Shown here one piece after another: positions 1 to 10,415 of a DNA stretch of 64,000 bases; position 1 is the first letter of the stretch, and each line of letters starts with the position of its first letter. Location: positions 32,001 to 96,000 of the IMG/VR virus record IMGVR_UViG_3300032280_000800; one strand, written 5' to 3'. The DNA comes from a virus (Duplodnaviria; Caudoviricetes). The notes beneath the pieces were generated by a model that was not told the origin of the DNA, ran no database searches, and saw only the letters and a list, made by a program, of their open reading frames with translations. The translations under genes and the position numbers were made by a program.

Positions 1-54
1 AATATAGTGCGGCAATTATACACAAAAAAAAACAGATCAATGGGGGTCTGAGTC

Positions 55-684
55 ATGAAAATTATTAGCCAAACAGAACATAATTTATTTCAATCACTAT
101 CTATTACTGAAATCCTTGACGACGAGCATTTTAGTTATGATGCTTTATCAGGGGACTGTATTCTTATAGATGGACTAATCATTACTACGGATATTGATCA
201 CATACCGATCAAATATCATAATAATCCAACTCTACTTATTACTATGGGTGTGGAGCCAGGCCGTTTAAGAGAGAATATAAAAGTTATCTATTATAGTCTA
301 TCAGATACTTTAGAAATATTTAAACAAAAACTAATAGATCAAATATGCTGGAATGTAAATATTTTTAGCTGGTTTGACGAAAAACAATACATAAAAGACA
401 ATCCTGAGGTAGTCAGTTACTATTTACCAGATGCTATTAATATGGGTTTTTCTGATCGCCAAAGAATCTATCATCATTTTTTATTATTCTATTATAGATT
501 TTTAAGTGATGATCAAAAACTATGGCTACAACCAGTAGATATAGAATTCAATGAAGAAGACTATCTCAGTAAAAATCCAGAAGCAGAAAATTATTATTTA
601 CCATGGGCCGAGGAAAATGGTTACTCTAAAAGACAAAGACTTTTCCATCATTATTGTTTATACTACAAAAATAAACATAATTAA
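55..684 (+). CDS. Hypothetical protein with two C-terminal 'FD..Y...NP...HH' repeats
   Basis: ORF of 209 aa; repeats FDEKQYIKDNPE...RIYHHF and FNEEDYLSKNPE...RLFHHY are shared with neighbouring glycosyltransferases. Confidence 0.7.
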   Translation: MKIISQTEHNLFQSLSITEILDDEHFSYDALSGDCILIDGLIITTDIDHIPIKYHNNPTLLITMGVEPGRLRENIKVIYYSLSDTLEIFKQKLIDQICWNVNIFSWFDEKQYIKDNPEVVSYYLPDAINMGFSDRQRIYHHFLLFYYRFLSDDQKLWLQPVDIEFNEEDYLSKNPEAENYYLPWAEENGYSKRQRLFHHYCLYYKNKHN

Positions 685-693
685 AATTTTTAT

Positions 694-3117
694 ATGAATA
701 AACTAAAATTAGAAAATAAGCTAAAAAGCCTTGGATTTGAACAAAAAAACAATAGTTTTTTAAATAAAAACATTAATATTGTGATTTACTCAGAGTATGT
801 ATTAGTAATAGATGGCGAGAATACTTTTGCGCAGATATGGGTTGAAGAAAATTATGAACACCAAGTCTTAGATAGAATAGCTTGGTTAACAGATATAGAT
901 AATGATTTTGATGAAATAAAATATTTAGAACAATTTCCTGCAATTATAGACTATTACCAGCCGTGGGCAAATGAAAATGGGATATCAGAAAAACAAAGGC
1001 TGTTTCATCACTGTTTTATATATCAGATTCCAAGAAATGAAATAGTAAACATTGAAGTAGATGAAGACTTTGAAGAAAAATTTTATGAAGAAGAGTATCC
1101 TGATTCAAAATCTCATTGTTCCTTTTGGACTGATTTGGATAATAAAAAAAAACTTTTTCATCATTACATAACATTTGGTAGATTAAATAAATATAAAAAA
1201 TCACCCAAAAACAAATACTCTATACCTCAAAATAATAAAAAAAGCATATACATAAAAGTACAGAATGGATTAGCCAATAGACTAAGGACTATCAACTCCT
1301 TCTATAGCTTATCAATGTCTTGCGGTAAAAATTTGTTTGTATGTTGGGAATCTGGCCCCGGATGGTCCGACGACAAGTTTACAGATCTATTTATTAATCA
1401 AGAAATCAATCTTATATCTGAAGAAGAATATTCTATTAAAGCCAGCAAGATATTCAATCTAGAATCAAGCGTTAAAAAATCAGATGATAGTCTATCTTAC
1501 GTATTCAGCGATCCTGTAAAAGATATTTTTTACAAGATTATGTCCGAAGATTTCTGTTATAGTGGAGATTCTTGTCTAGAATATATGATGCCTCAGTTTT
1601 TTAAAGAACAAAACTATTTTTATACCTATCTACGTCCTGTTCAGTTGATACAAGATAAAATAGACAAAGTGTGTAATCTAATTAATAATGATACTATTGG
1701 AGTACATATAAGACGAGGCGATGCATTAAACAGTAGGGGTAAAAATCAATTCAAAGTATCTGATGATCAAAGTTTTTTTGATTTATTAGATCAAGAGATA
1801 TATAAAAATCCCAACATAAATTTTTTCCTATCAACAGACAGCAAAGAAACAAATACTATTTATTTAAATAAATACAAGGATAGAATCCTTTATAATACAG
1901 AAAAATTCTTTTTTAATAGCGTTTGTGAATCACTGCCAAAATATCATCAAGATGATGCTGTGATAGATTTATTTTTACTATCTAAAACATCTAAAATAAT
2001 AGGATCAAATTGGAGTAGCTTTAGTGCTTTGTCATCAAAAATATCTCATAAACCTTTGGTAATTGCCGGGCGCCAAAAAATAAGTGAGGAATTAAGCAAA
2101 AAAATAGATAATAAAATCGAAACCAATATTTCTGATAACAATAGTCTTTTTGAAGTTAAATCTATTCCTTGGCAGTATCCGGCGTTAACAGAAAAACAAT
2201 CTTTTTATAATCATAGTAATATAGATAATGATTCTGTAGATAATTTATATATTGCTTGTCCATGGGCGAATATAATAGACACTTTACAAAATCAATTCCC
2301 TGAGTGTTATAATTATGATGATTTTTTACAAGAACCTAATTGTCAAAATTATTTAGACAATACATTTGATATGATGCAAATTCCTACTAGTAAAAATACT
2401 CACACGGTCTGTCAACATATAAATTGGCATAAATTATTAGGTTTTTGGAAGAAGATTGGGATTAAAAATATTCATGTATCGCACTTAACCGCAAAATCAT
2501 ATCAACTTTCTTTAGATGGCATCAATTTATTCCCATGGCATATATATGCTGCTAATGTAGAGAATAGCAATAGGCACAAGGGTATTAAAATTAAAAGCCA
2601 TCACGATAAACAATATCTATGCTCTTTTATAGGGGCACATAATATATGGTATCTATCTGACATAAGAGACCGATTATACCAGCTATTAAAGGATAATAAT
2701 AAAGTTTATTTTAAACTAAAAGATTCGTGGTTTTTTAACAATGTAGTATACAAAAAACAAATAAAAAAACAAAAGCTATCAGAGTATGAGGTTAGTCTAG
2801 AAGAGGTTGAGACCTTTGAATACAACACTGTATTATCTGATTCTGTGTTTAGTTTGTGTCCAGAAGGAACCGGACCGAATACTATTAGACTGTGGGAAAG
2901 CATGAGTATTGGATCTATCCCAGTACTTTTTGAAAATGATTGGGTTAGACCGATAATACCTGACATAGAATGGGAAGATATCTCTGTCACAATTAAAAAT
3001 GATGAATTGAGAAACCTTGTGGAAATATTAGAATCTATTCCAAAAGACAAGATAGAAGACATGAGCATTAATTGCATTAATGCTTACAACAAAATTAGAG
3101 TTAAAACATGTTTTTAA
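694..3117 (+). CDS. Multidomain glycosyltransferase: two repeats + fucosyltransferase-like GT-B (NodZ/O-FucT/GT11-like) + exostosin (GT47) domain
   Basis: Fucosyltransferase-type motifs GLANRL, IGVHIRRGD, FLSTDS, DLFLLS, SNWSSFS; exostosin motif FSLCPEGTGPNTIRLWESMSIGSIPV. Confidence 0.8.
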   Translation: MNKLKLENKLKSLGFEQKNNSFLNKNINIVIYSEYVLVIDGENTFAQIWVEENYEHQVLDRIAWLTDIDNDFDEIKYLEQFPAIIDYYQPWANENGISEKQRLFHHCFIYQIPRNEIVNIEVDEDFEEKFYEEEYPDSKSHCSFWTDLDNKKKLFHHYITFGRLNKYKKSPKNKYSIPQNNKKSIYIKVQNGLANRLRTINSFYSLSMSCGKNLFVCWESGPGWSDDKFTDLFINQEINLISEEEYSIKASKIFNLESSVKKSDDSLSYVFSDPVKDIFYKIMSEDFCYSGDSCLEYMMPQFFKEQNYFYTYLRPVQLIQDKIDKVCNLINNDTIGVHIRRGDALNSRGKNQFKVSDDQSFFDLLDQEIYKNPNINFFLSTDSKETNTIYLNKYKDRILYNTEKFFFNSVCESLPKYHQDDAVIDLFLLSKTSKIIGSNWSSFSALSSKISHKPLVIAGRQKISEELSKKIDNKIETNISDNNSLFEVKSIPWQYPALTEKQSFYNHSNIDNDSVDNLYIACPWANIIDTLQNQFPECYNYDDFLQEPNCQNYLDNTFDMMQIPTSKNTHTVCQHINWHKLLGFWKKIGIKNIHVSHLTAKSYQLSLDGINLFPWHIYAANVENSNRHKGIKIKSHHDKQYLCSFIGAHNIWYLSDIRDRLYQLLKDNNKVYFKLKDSWFFNNVVYKKQIKKQKLSEYEVSLEEVETFEYNTVLSDSVFSLCPEGTGPNTIRLWESMSIGSIPVLFENDWVRPIIPDIEWEDISVTIKNDELRNLVEILESIPKDKIEDMSINCINAYNKIRVKTCF

Positions 3118-3140
3118 ATATAGAAAGAACATAGAATAAA

Positions 3141-3974
3141 ATGAGTGAAATTTCTGTAATAGAAAAAGTAAAACCTCTTGCTGATGTTTATTTTTTTGGA
3201 GAGTGCTTTTTCCAAAATATACAAAAAATAAAAAACTCAAATCTCTCCGAATTATTTACATTAAATAATATGTCATGCGGCAATGGATCTTGTTTTGATT
3301 TTCTATGTTACTTAAGATCTAAGCCTAAACTGAATAGGGGCGTATTTTTACTCGGCGGAACTTCGCATGACAGAAATGGATGGGGAAATGGAGAGACTCT
3401 AAATGAAATTAAAAATTGGTTTGGTACTTACCTTTATGATTCAATTTTAGTTTTATGTTTGACTGGTCCGCGTAATCCCAGACCAGAACATCTCATATAT
3501 AATTACGAAGTATACAATGAAGAGAAAATTAAAGCATCTAATAATAAAAACATTTTTTATCTTGATTTAAGATTTGATACTCTAGACCCCCGTATCACTA
3601 AAGACGATGGTGTTCATTTAACTAATGAAGGCAGAGTTGTGCTCGAATCCAAAATAGCAGAATACTTACTTAATAATCGTTTTTTTAGTGAAAAACTTTG
3701 TATAGACGTAAAAAAAACAATCAAACAAATAGAAATTAAAGAAGATTATAAAAGAATTTATATAATTCATGGGCACAATAATAGTTATTTTTCTGTGTTC
3801 AACAATGAAGTATGTGTTAAAAAATATGCAATATTAGGTTGCTCTAAACTTAAAGAACAAGGTTATAATCCATACCAAGATAGAATGATTATAGACAAAA
3901 TTGCCAATCCTAAATTGGGAAATATACAATTTTCTGATCCTTTATATGTTGATAGTATAATAATAGAAGTTTAA
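3141..3974 (+). CDS. Hypothetical protein, possible SGNH/GDSL-like esterase
   Basis: DDGVHLTNEG resembles the SGNH block V DxxH motif; block I Ser not clearly present. Confidence 0.45.
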   Translation: MSEISVIEKVKPLADVYFFGECFFQNIQKIKNSNLSELFTLNNMSCGNGSCFDFLCYLRSKPKLNRGVFLLGGTSHDRNGWGNGETLNEIKNWFGTYLYDSILVLCLTGPRNPRPEHLIYNYEVYNEEKIKASNNKNIFYLDLRFDTLDPRITKDDGVHLTNEGRVVLESKIAEYLLNNRFFSEKLCIDVKKTIKQIEIKEDYKRIYIIHGHNNSYFSVFNNEVCVKKYAILGCSKLKEQGYNPYQDRMIIDKIANPKLGNIQFSDPLYVDSIIIEV

Positions 3975-3978
3975 ATTA

Positions 3979-4899
3979 ATGAAAAAATATAACTGTCTGA
4001 TAATGAATAATGAAATATGGTTACTAGAAGCCCGTATCAAATATGATTTGCAATGGTTTGATTCTATCATCATAGCAGAAGCGGACTCTACACATAGCGG
4101 AATTAAAAAACCATTTTTTTATGAAAAATACAGTTATCTATTTGAAGAATATAAAGATAGAATTATTTATGTAAAAATCAATAATTTACCCAAACCATAC
4201 AAGGGGAATTTCATAGGCTTTAATGATTTCCCATCAACAGAAAATAGATGGATTGTTGATTTTGAACACAGAAATAGGCTGCAAGAAGCCTTATTGAATA
4301 TTGCACAACCCGACGACATCATTTGCATCCAAGACTTAGATGAAATTCAAAATATACAATTTCTTGATCAAATCAACGATTTTAATAAGATACAATTTTT
4401 GTCATATATCAACTTTAAAGGCAGCGTAAATAAACCGCCAACAAAAGAAATATGGAAAAAAGGATATATTACAAATTACTCCAATATTAAAAAAATCAAT
4501 ATAAACGACTATAGAAAGATTCATCTAGGTCGTATTCCCTATAAACTAGATCATATAGCTCCAAGTAATTTTAGATTTAACGACGAAGAAAAAAAATCAG
4601 TGTATAACAGTTACACAGCACCCATACAAGACATTTCTGTGCAACAATCCGATCATGGGTGGCATCTTTCATCCATAACAAACAAAATAGATGGAAATAT
4701 GAAGTGGCAATGTTTTTCTCATCAAGAATTTGCTAATAAATTTAAACATAAAAGTATAAGCATAGAGCAAACAACAGACGATATCATAACTCAATATTTG
4801 GACAAGCAATGCTCATCTAGCCCACATCCACTTGCTCCAAAATTCATCGAAAAATCTCGATTCGCATCTTTGTTTTTCTGTGAAAAAAGTGACTTATGA
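3979..4899 (+). CDS. GT17-like (beta-1,4-N-acetylglucosaminyltransferase family) glycosyltransferase
   Basis: NNEIWLLEARI, IIAEADSTHSG.KP, EHRNRL, DDIICIQDLDEI and GWHLS follow the GT17 motif order. Confidence 0.75.
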   Translation: MKKYNCLIMNNEIWLLEARIKYDLQWFDSIIIAEADSTHSGIKKPFFYEKYSYLFEEYKDRIIYVKINNLPKPYKGNFIGFNDFPSTENRWIVDFEHRNRLQEALLNIAQPDDIICIQDLDEIQNIQFLDQINDFNKIQFLSYINFKGSVNKPPTKEIWKKGYITNYSNIKKININDYRKIHLGRIPYKLDHIAPSNFRFNDEEKKSVYNSYTAPIQDISVQQSDHGWHLSSITNKIDGNMKWQCFSHQEFANKFKHKSISIEQTTDDIITQYLDKQCSSSPHPLAPKFIEKSRFASLFFCEKSDL

Positions 4900-5678
4900 T
4901 TTATGTCAAATACCGTGGCAAGCTAGGAAATATATTGTTTCAACATGCTTTTTGTAAGTTGTTGTCCAAGCTTGCAAACTCACAAGTATCAGCACTAAAA
5001 GATAACTTTGTTGTTGCTAAAGAAAGAGTAAAAGATATTATAGTTGGATTTGATGATATAAAAGTAGTAGATCATGTGAAAGAAAATACAGATAATTTTT
5101 TAATCGATAGTAAAAATTGTTATGATTTAAATTTTCAAGAAGTGATTAAAATCGCCAAGCATAAAAATATTATACTAGATGGATTTCCTCATAATTGGGA
5201 TTACTTTAAAGAAAACTCAGATTGGATAAAAGAGGAAATAAAAGTCAAAGATGGAGATTTTTTTGAAACTAATGATTTGGTTGTTGGCATAAGAATAGGA
5301 GATTACTTAGATGAAAAACATATTAAAAGATTTTTTTATCCATTAGAATCGGTAGCTAATCTTCTAAAAACAATTCATTTTAATCAATTAACAATAGTAA
5401 CAGACAGCCCAAAGCATCAGTTTGTCCAGGAGCTTAAAAACAAGTATCAAAGCAATGTAATATCTAAAAATATATTATATGATTTTACAACAACTATGAA
5501 AGGGAGCAGATTAGTTATAACTCCATCAACTTTTTTTTGGTGGGCTTCTTTTTTAGGTTCTGCGGAAGAAATATACTTTCCTTATAATATGGGATCTTGG
5601 AGATATGAAAAAAAAATATATCCAATTCAAGATAGAATTAAATTTTTTAATAGCAAAGGCAGATCATTAAATGAATAA
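4896..5678 (+). CDS. GT11-like alpha-1,2-fucosyltransferase
   Basis: GKLGNILFQ, IRIGDY, TDS, STFFWWASFL motifs. Confidence 0.75.
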   Translation: MIYVKYRGKLGNILFQHAFCKLLSKLANSQVSALKDNFVVAKERVKDIIVGFDDIKVVDHVKENTDNFLIDSKNCYDLNFQEVIKIAKHKNIILDGFPHNWDYFKENSDWIKEEIKVKDGDFFETNDLVVGIRIGDYLDEKHIKRFFYPLESVANLLKTIHFNQLTIVTDSPKHQFVQELKNKYQSNVISKNILYDFTTTMKGSRLVITPSTFFWWASFLGSAEEIYFPYNMGSWRYEKKIYPIQDRIKFFNSKGRSLNE

Positions 5679-6297
5679 AATTTTTGTCATAGGCTTCCCC
5701 AAAAGTGGAACATCATCGATACAGGCATCATTAACTAATGCTGGTATTTCTTCAATACATTGGGGGAAGGATAGAATATCTGTTGGACAATGTATTAAAG
5801 AATCAAAAGAAAAAAATGAACTACTATTATCTAAACTAGATTTATACCAAGGTTTCACTCAAATGGAGGTTTGTATAGATGAAAATAGATGTTATTGGCC
5901 TCAATTAGTAGATGTACCTTTATTAGATCAACAATATCCTAATAGTAAATTCATTTTTAATGATAGGAATATTGATAATTGGTTAAGATCATTATCTAGG
6001 TGGAATATAAATACTGGGCCAATTAGACAAGAAGGTGAATCTCTCATTGAAAGAATCATAAAACTAGATATTCCCGGTTTGCCCAAAAACAAAGGCAAAA
6101 CAGATGATGAGCTTAAAAACTGGTATCTGCAACATAAAAACAATATGATAGATTTCTTTAAAAATAAAGATAACTTTGTAATATTTAATATAGAATCAGA
6201 CAGTGGGGACAAACTAGCAGAGTTTCTTGAAATGCGAAATTTTTCTTGGTGTCATACGAATAAATCTTGGCCTAAAAATAGAGAAGTTGGAAAATGA
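5671..6297 (+). CDS. Sulfotransferase-family (P-loop) protein
   Basis: KIFVIGFPKSGTSS PAPS-binding loop; YPNSKFIFNDR..DNWLRS 3'-phosphate-binding motif. Confidence 0.7.
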   Translation: MNKIFVIGFPKSGTSSIQASLTNAGISSIHWGKDRISVGQCIKESKEKNELLLSKLDLYQGFTQMEVCIDENRCYWPQLVDVPLLDQQYPNSKFIFNDRNIDNWLRSLSRWNINTGPIRQEGESLIERIIKLDIPGLPKNKGKTDDELKNWYLQHKNNMIDFFKNKDNFVIFNIESDSGDKLAEFLEMRNFSWCHTNKSWPKNREVGK

Positions 6298-7076
6298 CTA
6301 AAGGATTAATTTATATTACTTTTGGAAAGAAAGCAATAGAAATGGCTAAAATATCTTTCAAAAGCTTTAAACAACATAATCCGCAAATACCAGTAACAAT
6401 TTTTACAAATGCGCCAGACATGGCTAAAGATTTTGATCATATACATGAATATTCAAATGAAGAGTTATTAGATATAGATTATTATTTTAAAGAAACAAAT
6501 AAATTTTCATCATTAAAGATTAGATTTTTAAAGATGTCTCCTTATAGCCAGACTTTGTACTTAGACTCAGACACTTTTGTAAAAGGAAATCTAGATGAAA
6601 TTTTTGATTTATTAGATAGTCATGAACTTATTACAACACTAAATGCTGAATGGAAATGGTTCGATGATGCTCGTCTTACTAGGGATAATAGGAACAACAA
6701 CAAACAAGGGTTGGTAGAATTAACATCGTCTAATGAAAATAACGTTAATTGTGGAGTAATAGCCTATAAGAATACAAATATTACTAAAAAATTTATTGAT
6801 ATATGGTGGTCTAACTTTCAGGAAAAAAATAATTTAGGTAGCGAGCAGTCTATTATGCAGCGTCTACTTAAAAAAGAAATTTGTAAAACACTAAATATTA
6901 ATCGAGCTATTATAGATAATAAAATATATAATTGCGTAGGATCTATGTGGCCAAGAATTCATTCGTTAGGATTGTGGGATAATTGTAAAATATTACACTC
7001 TCAAAGGATATTTTTAAATCAACACCTGAGCATAAACGATCTCTATAAATTAGACTATTTACAAAAATTTAAATAA
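6294..7076 (+). CDS. GT-A fold glycosyltransferase (GT8-like / nucleotide-diphospho-sugar transferase)
   Basis: SPYSQTLYLDSD DxD motif; NCGVIAY; EQ; ILH. Confidence 0.7.
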   Translation: MTKGLIYITFGKKAIEMAKISFKSFKQHNPQIPVTIFTNAPDMAKDFDHIHEYSNEELLDIDYYFKETNKFSSLKIRFLKMSPYSQTLYLDSDTFVKGNLDEIFDLLDSHELITTLNAEWKWFDDARLTRDNRNNNKQGLVELTSSNENNVNCGVIAYKNTNITKKFIDIWWSNFQEKNNLGSEQSIMQRLLKKEICKTLNINRAIIDNKIYNCVGSMWPRIHSLGLWDNCKILHSQRIFLNQHLSINDLYKLDYLQKFK

Positions 7077-7186
7077 TGAAAGAATATCATATGAAAATTT
7101 AAATCAACAATGCTTGCAGAACCTGTTGTCACTATTATAAAAAAGAAGTTTTAAAGATATCAAAAATACAATACTAATAGGTAATT

Positions 7187-7399
7187 ATGTCAATATCAGA
7201 ACTTAGAAAAGTAGAATATTACCGTATCAAAAAAGATAATTCTTGGGACATAGAAGTGGCACTAATACCTTTTGAGATTCCGTGCGAAAATTCTGTGGAC
7301 TATATCTGGTATACGTTATCTGACTTAAATCTCACAAAAGATATCCATACTATTGTTATCTCTACATTCTCAGAAGAAAGAGTGATCAAAGAGATATGA
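7187..7399 (+). CDS. Small hypothetical protein
   Basis: 70-aa ORF with 'taggt' RBS-like sequence; ATGA overlap with the next gene. Confidence 0.5.
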   Translation: MSISELRKVEYYRIKKDNSWDIEVALIPFEIPCENSVDYIWYTLSDLNLTKDIHTIVISTFSEERVIKEI

Positions 7400-7737
7400 A
7401 AATCCAAATAAATAATGCCGAAATATTAGACTTGACCATACAAGACATGTATAATTGTTGGCTTATTGATAATAAAAGTTTTCATCATTGGTTAACTAGA
7501 AAGTCTAATATCAAAATACCTCCAGAAGCAGATACTGGGACTTGGTTTTTTGTGGAACAAGAGGAAGAAAGATCGTACCAAGTAAACTTAAAAGAGTATG
7601 TAGAATGGTGGAATCCTCTTGTTGCTTATGTAAAAGCCATGCCGGTTAATAACTATGAGATAATTGATGATTACACTACATACGTAAAATTTGAGATATA
7701 TAATAATAACTATCCAGATGAATATTGGGAAAAATGA
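7396..7737 (+). CDS. Hypothetical protein
   Basis: 113-aa ORF tightly packed in the operon. Confidence 0.6.
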   Translation: MKIQINNAEILDLTIQDMYNCWLIDNKSFHHWLTRKSNIKIPPEADTGTWFFVEQEEERSYQVNLKEYVEWWNPLVAYVKAMPVNNYEIIDDYTTYVKFEIYNNNYPDEYWEK

Positions 7738-8639
7738 AATTTAAAATAATACTGAAAACAAAAAATGAAGACGATTTAATAGACATATGGATAAGATACT
7801 ACTCCAAAATGGTTGGCAAAGAAAATCTAGTCATATTCGATAACAACAGTACTAGTCAAAAAGTTCTGGATGTTTATAGGGAACATGGCATAGAAACCTT
7901 GCAAATTAAATCTCCGAATAGTATACATCAATACCAAAACAATAAATTTTTTTACGATGAGTTATTTGCTGGTTGTGATTGGTTTTCCGTCTTGGATACC
8001 GATGAGTTCTTATGTGTCTATAAGAACGGAGTCTTTTCTGCGGAAGGCGTCATAGAATTATTAGAAAGTTCCGACAAACAAGTATTAGGATCTATATGGC
8101 TAGATCATATGCATGTTGGAGATAGTAAGGAATATTTTAAAATAAATCAAGTTCCTTATATATGTTCTCCAAAGCATAACAAAAACCATGGCAAGTCTAT
8201 ATATAAAACTTCATACTCTGATATTCGCAACTATGGACACAATGCTTGCTGCAAAGATACCTTTGTAGATTCTGGACTTTTTCTATTGCACGTTGACCGA
8301 ATAGACCCAAAAATAAGAATCAAAAACTGTTTGGACATGGCAATGGCAAATACTATAGAGAAACACCCAGAAATACACAAAGAATTAAACCTTATTCGTA
8401 ATGGAACATACAATGAAGAATTTTTGACCAAACAATTCAAAGACAATTCGATAACTGGACTTCATAAAATAAGAGAAATTCAACAATACTACTCTGACAA
8501 GTACTCATACATTAAAAAATATTATGGAAGCGAGCGAGAGTATATCAGAACTAATCTAATTGATAGTTATGTTTATGGAACTAAATATAGTCAAGAAATA
8601 GTGTCCAATAATACTGATTTTTTAGGACTTGAAAACTAA
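7725..8639 (+). CDS. GT2-like/GT92-like GT-A glycosyltransferase (true start probably ATG 7734)
   Basis: KNEDDLIDIWIRYY, FDNNST, DWFSVLDTDEF, GKSI. Confidence 0.7.
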   Translation: MGKMKFKIILKTKNEDDLIDIWIRYYSKMVGKENLVIFDNNSTSQKVLDVYREHGIETLQIKSPNSIHQYQNNKFFYDELFAGCDWFSVLDTDEFLCVYKNGVFSAEGVIELLESSDKQVLGSIWLDHMHVGDSKEYFKINQVPYICSPKHNKNHGKSIYKTSYSDIRNYGHNACCKDTFVDSGLFLLHVDRIDPKIRIKNCLDMAMANTIEKHPEIHKELNLIRNGTYNEEFLTKQFKDNSITGLHKIREIQQYYSDKYSYIKKYYGSEREYIRTNLIDSYVYGTKYSQEIVSNNTDFLGLEN

Positions 8640-10005
8640 AAGGAAAACAATGGGTCATATATTAAACTTAAAATCAAACTATAATTTAGCTATTTATATT
8701 GACAAAGAATTTATTTTCGACGGACCAGATCCTCAAAGACCTTGGTTTTCTTCTACCTCAATAGATGTTAAACTGGTTGATGAAGAAAATAAAGAAATTA
8801 CTTTGGGCCAACAACAAAAAGATGAGATAATAGTTGTACTTTCAAAAATAGGAAGCATAAATGGAAGTTTAAATATGAATTCAATTGATGTTTTCTATCG
8901 AAATAATGATGTCAATCCAAATTTTGATGAAAATTTTTATCAAGAACGATACCCTGAGACAATAGACTTCTATCAGCCATATTGTAAAGATAAAAACATA
9001 GATGATAAACACAGGCTTTATTATCATTGGACCTTACACGCAGACAAGACAGACGTAGAAAGTATAGAATACTTTTATGCAACTCACACTTTGATCAAAG
9101 ACTTTGATGTTGATTTTTATTCCCACAACTACCAAGACACTAAAAATTTCTATCAACCATATTGCGAAGAACAACTGATAGAAAATAAATACAGACTATA
9201 CTTTCACTGGTTTTTATCAAGCAAACACAAGCGATTCAGATCACATAAACACATGGAAAAGAACCTTTTGTTATTTCAAAAAAACCATGATATTTTTGTT
9301 GACAACCCAACTTGCATTATCGTACACGCTTATTTTTTTGATGTGTGGGAGCAAGACATGGCGCCCGCAATACAAAAAATAACAATACCCTATGACCTAT
9401 ACGTCAGTTTACCCGAAGGCGATAACTTTACGCAGAAAAAAGATGCCATACTATCCATTTTTTCAAAAGCCATTGTGGTCGCAGTGCCAAATGAAGGAGC
9501 CGATGTCGGTCCATTTTTTGAAGTACTGAGGCTAATTTTCAATTCAAATAAACATTATGATTATTTGCTCAAACTTCATTCAAAAAAATCTACGCACTTG
9601 ACCAAAGAATTTTCTATGATTTTTAGGCGTCATTTTTATCGTAATTTGTGCTATAATTTAGACTACTGTATAGACACTATGAATAAAAACTTGGACATAG
9701 GCATGGTCGGACCCCCAGACAGCATCTTGGAACTTACCGAGGATGAAGATAAAGATAATATATCATTGTTCAATCAACTAATTGAAGAATTCGGCATCAA
9801 AGATAGATCCATTAGTTTCATAGCCGGAACTATGTTCGTATGCAGATTTGAATTACTTACCAAGTACTTCAACAAAGACAAGACTTATGATTTTGAATAT
9901 GGACACAAAACATTCGGAACCTTAGCCCATGGCTTTGAAAGATTGTTCGGCAATATTGTCCGTAATGAAAATCAGAAAATACACTTGCTAGGAGAAAAAA
10001 TATGA
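8629..10005 (+). CDS. Rhamnan synthesis F (RgpF)-like protein with two N-terminal repeats
   Basis: VHAYFFD, YDLYVS, NEGADVGPF, KLHSKKS, AGTMF, AHGFERLFG. Confidence 0.8.
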   Translation: MKTKRKTMGHILNLKSNYNLAIYIDKEFIFDGPDPQRPWFSSTSIDVKLVDEENKEITLGQQQKDEIIVVLSKIGSINGSLNMNSIDVFYRNNDVNPNFDENFYQERYPETIDFYQPYCKDKNIDDKHRLYYHWTLHADKTDVESIEYFYATHTLIKDFDVDFYSHNYQDTKNFYQPYCEEQLIENKYRLYFHWFLSSKHKRFRSHKHMEKNLLLFQKNHDIFVDNPTCIIVHAYFFDVWEQDMAPAIQKITIPYDLYVSLPEGDNFTQKKDAILSIFSKAIVVAVPNEGADVGPFFEVLRLIFNSNKHYDYLLKLHSKKSTHLTKEFSMIFRRHFYRNLCYNLDYCIDTMNKNLDIGMVGPPDSILELTEDEDKDNISLFNQLIEEFGIKDRSISFIAGTMFVCRFELLTKYFNKDKTYDFEYGHKTFGTLAHGFERLFGNIVRNENQKIHLLGEKI

Positions 10006-10394
10006 TAAACATTCCAGTTTCTATAGGAGAGTTGATCGATAAGATTAGCATCTTAAAAATCAAGTCAATTAAGATAAAAGATCAAGATAAACTTAAAAAT
10101 ATACATAATGAGTTGGGCTTATTGCTTTCTATAGTTTCAGACCTTAAAATAAATCAAAAAAAAATGTACAATGAGTACATATACATGATGTATGAAGTAA
10201 ACAACTGTTTGTGGAATATAGAAAACGAAATTAGAGAACTTGAAGCAAAAAAGCAGTTTGATGATTTGTTCATAGAAACTGCTCGCAAGGTGTATGAATT
10301 CAATGATAAAAGATCAAAAATAAAAAAAGAAATCAATATTGCCTATGGGTCTGATATAGTTGAAGAAAAGTCTTATACTAATTATGCTTATTAA
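10002..10394 (+). CDS. DUF6165-like helical protein
   Basis: IPVSIGELIDKISILKIK ... LWNIENEIR ... ARKVY..NDKR..IK ... EEKSY pattern, common in phage glycosyltransferase islands. Confidence 0.75.
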   Translation: MINIPVSIGELIDKISILKIKSIKIKDQDKLKNIHNELGLLLSIVSDLKINQKKMYNEYIYMMYEVNNCLWNIENEIRELEAKKQFDDLFIETARKVYEFNDKRSKIKKEINIAYGSDIVEEKSYTNYAY

Positions 10395-10415
10395 ACATAA
10401 ATAAGGTCTGAAAAA

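Noticed and set aside
7114-7141. Promoter TTGCAG...TATAAA upstream of 7187
   Set aside because: Weak match in very AT-rich DNA; not distinguishable from chance
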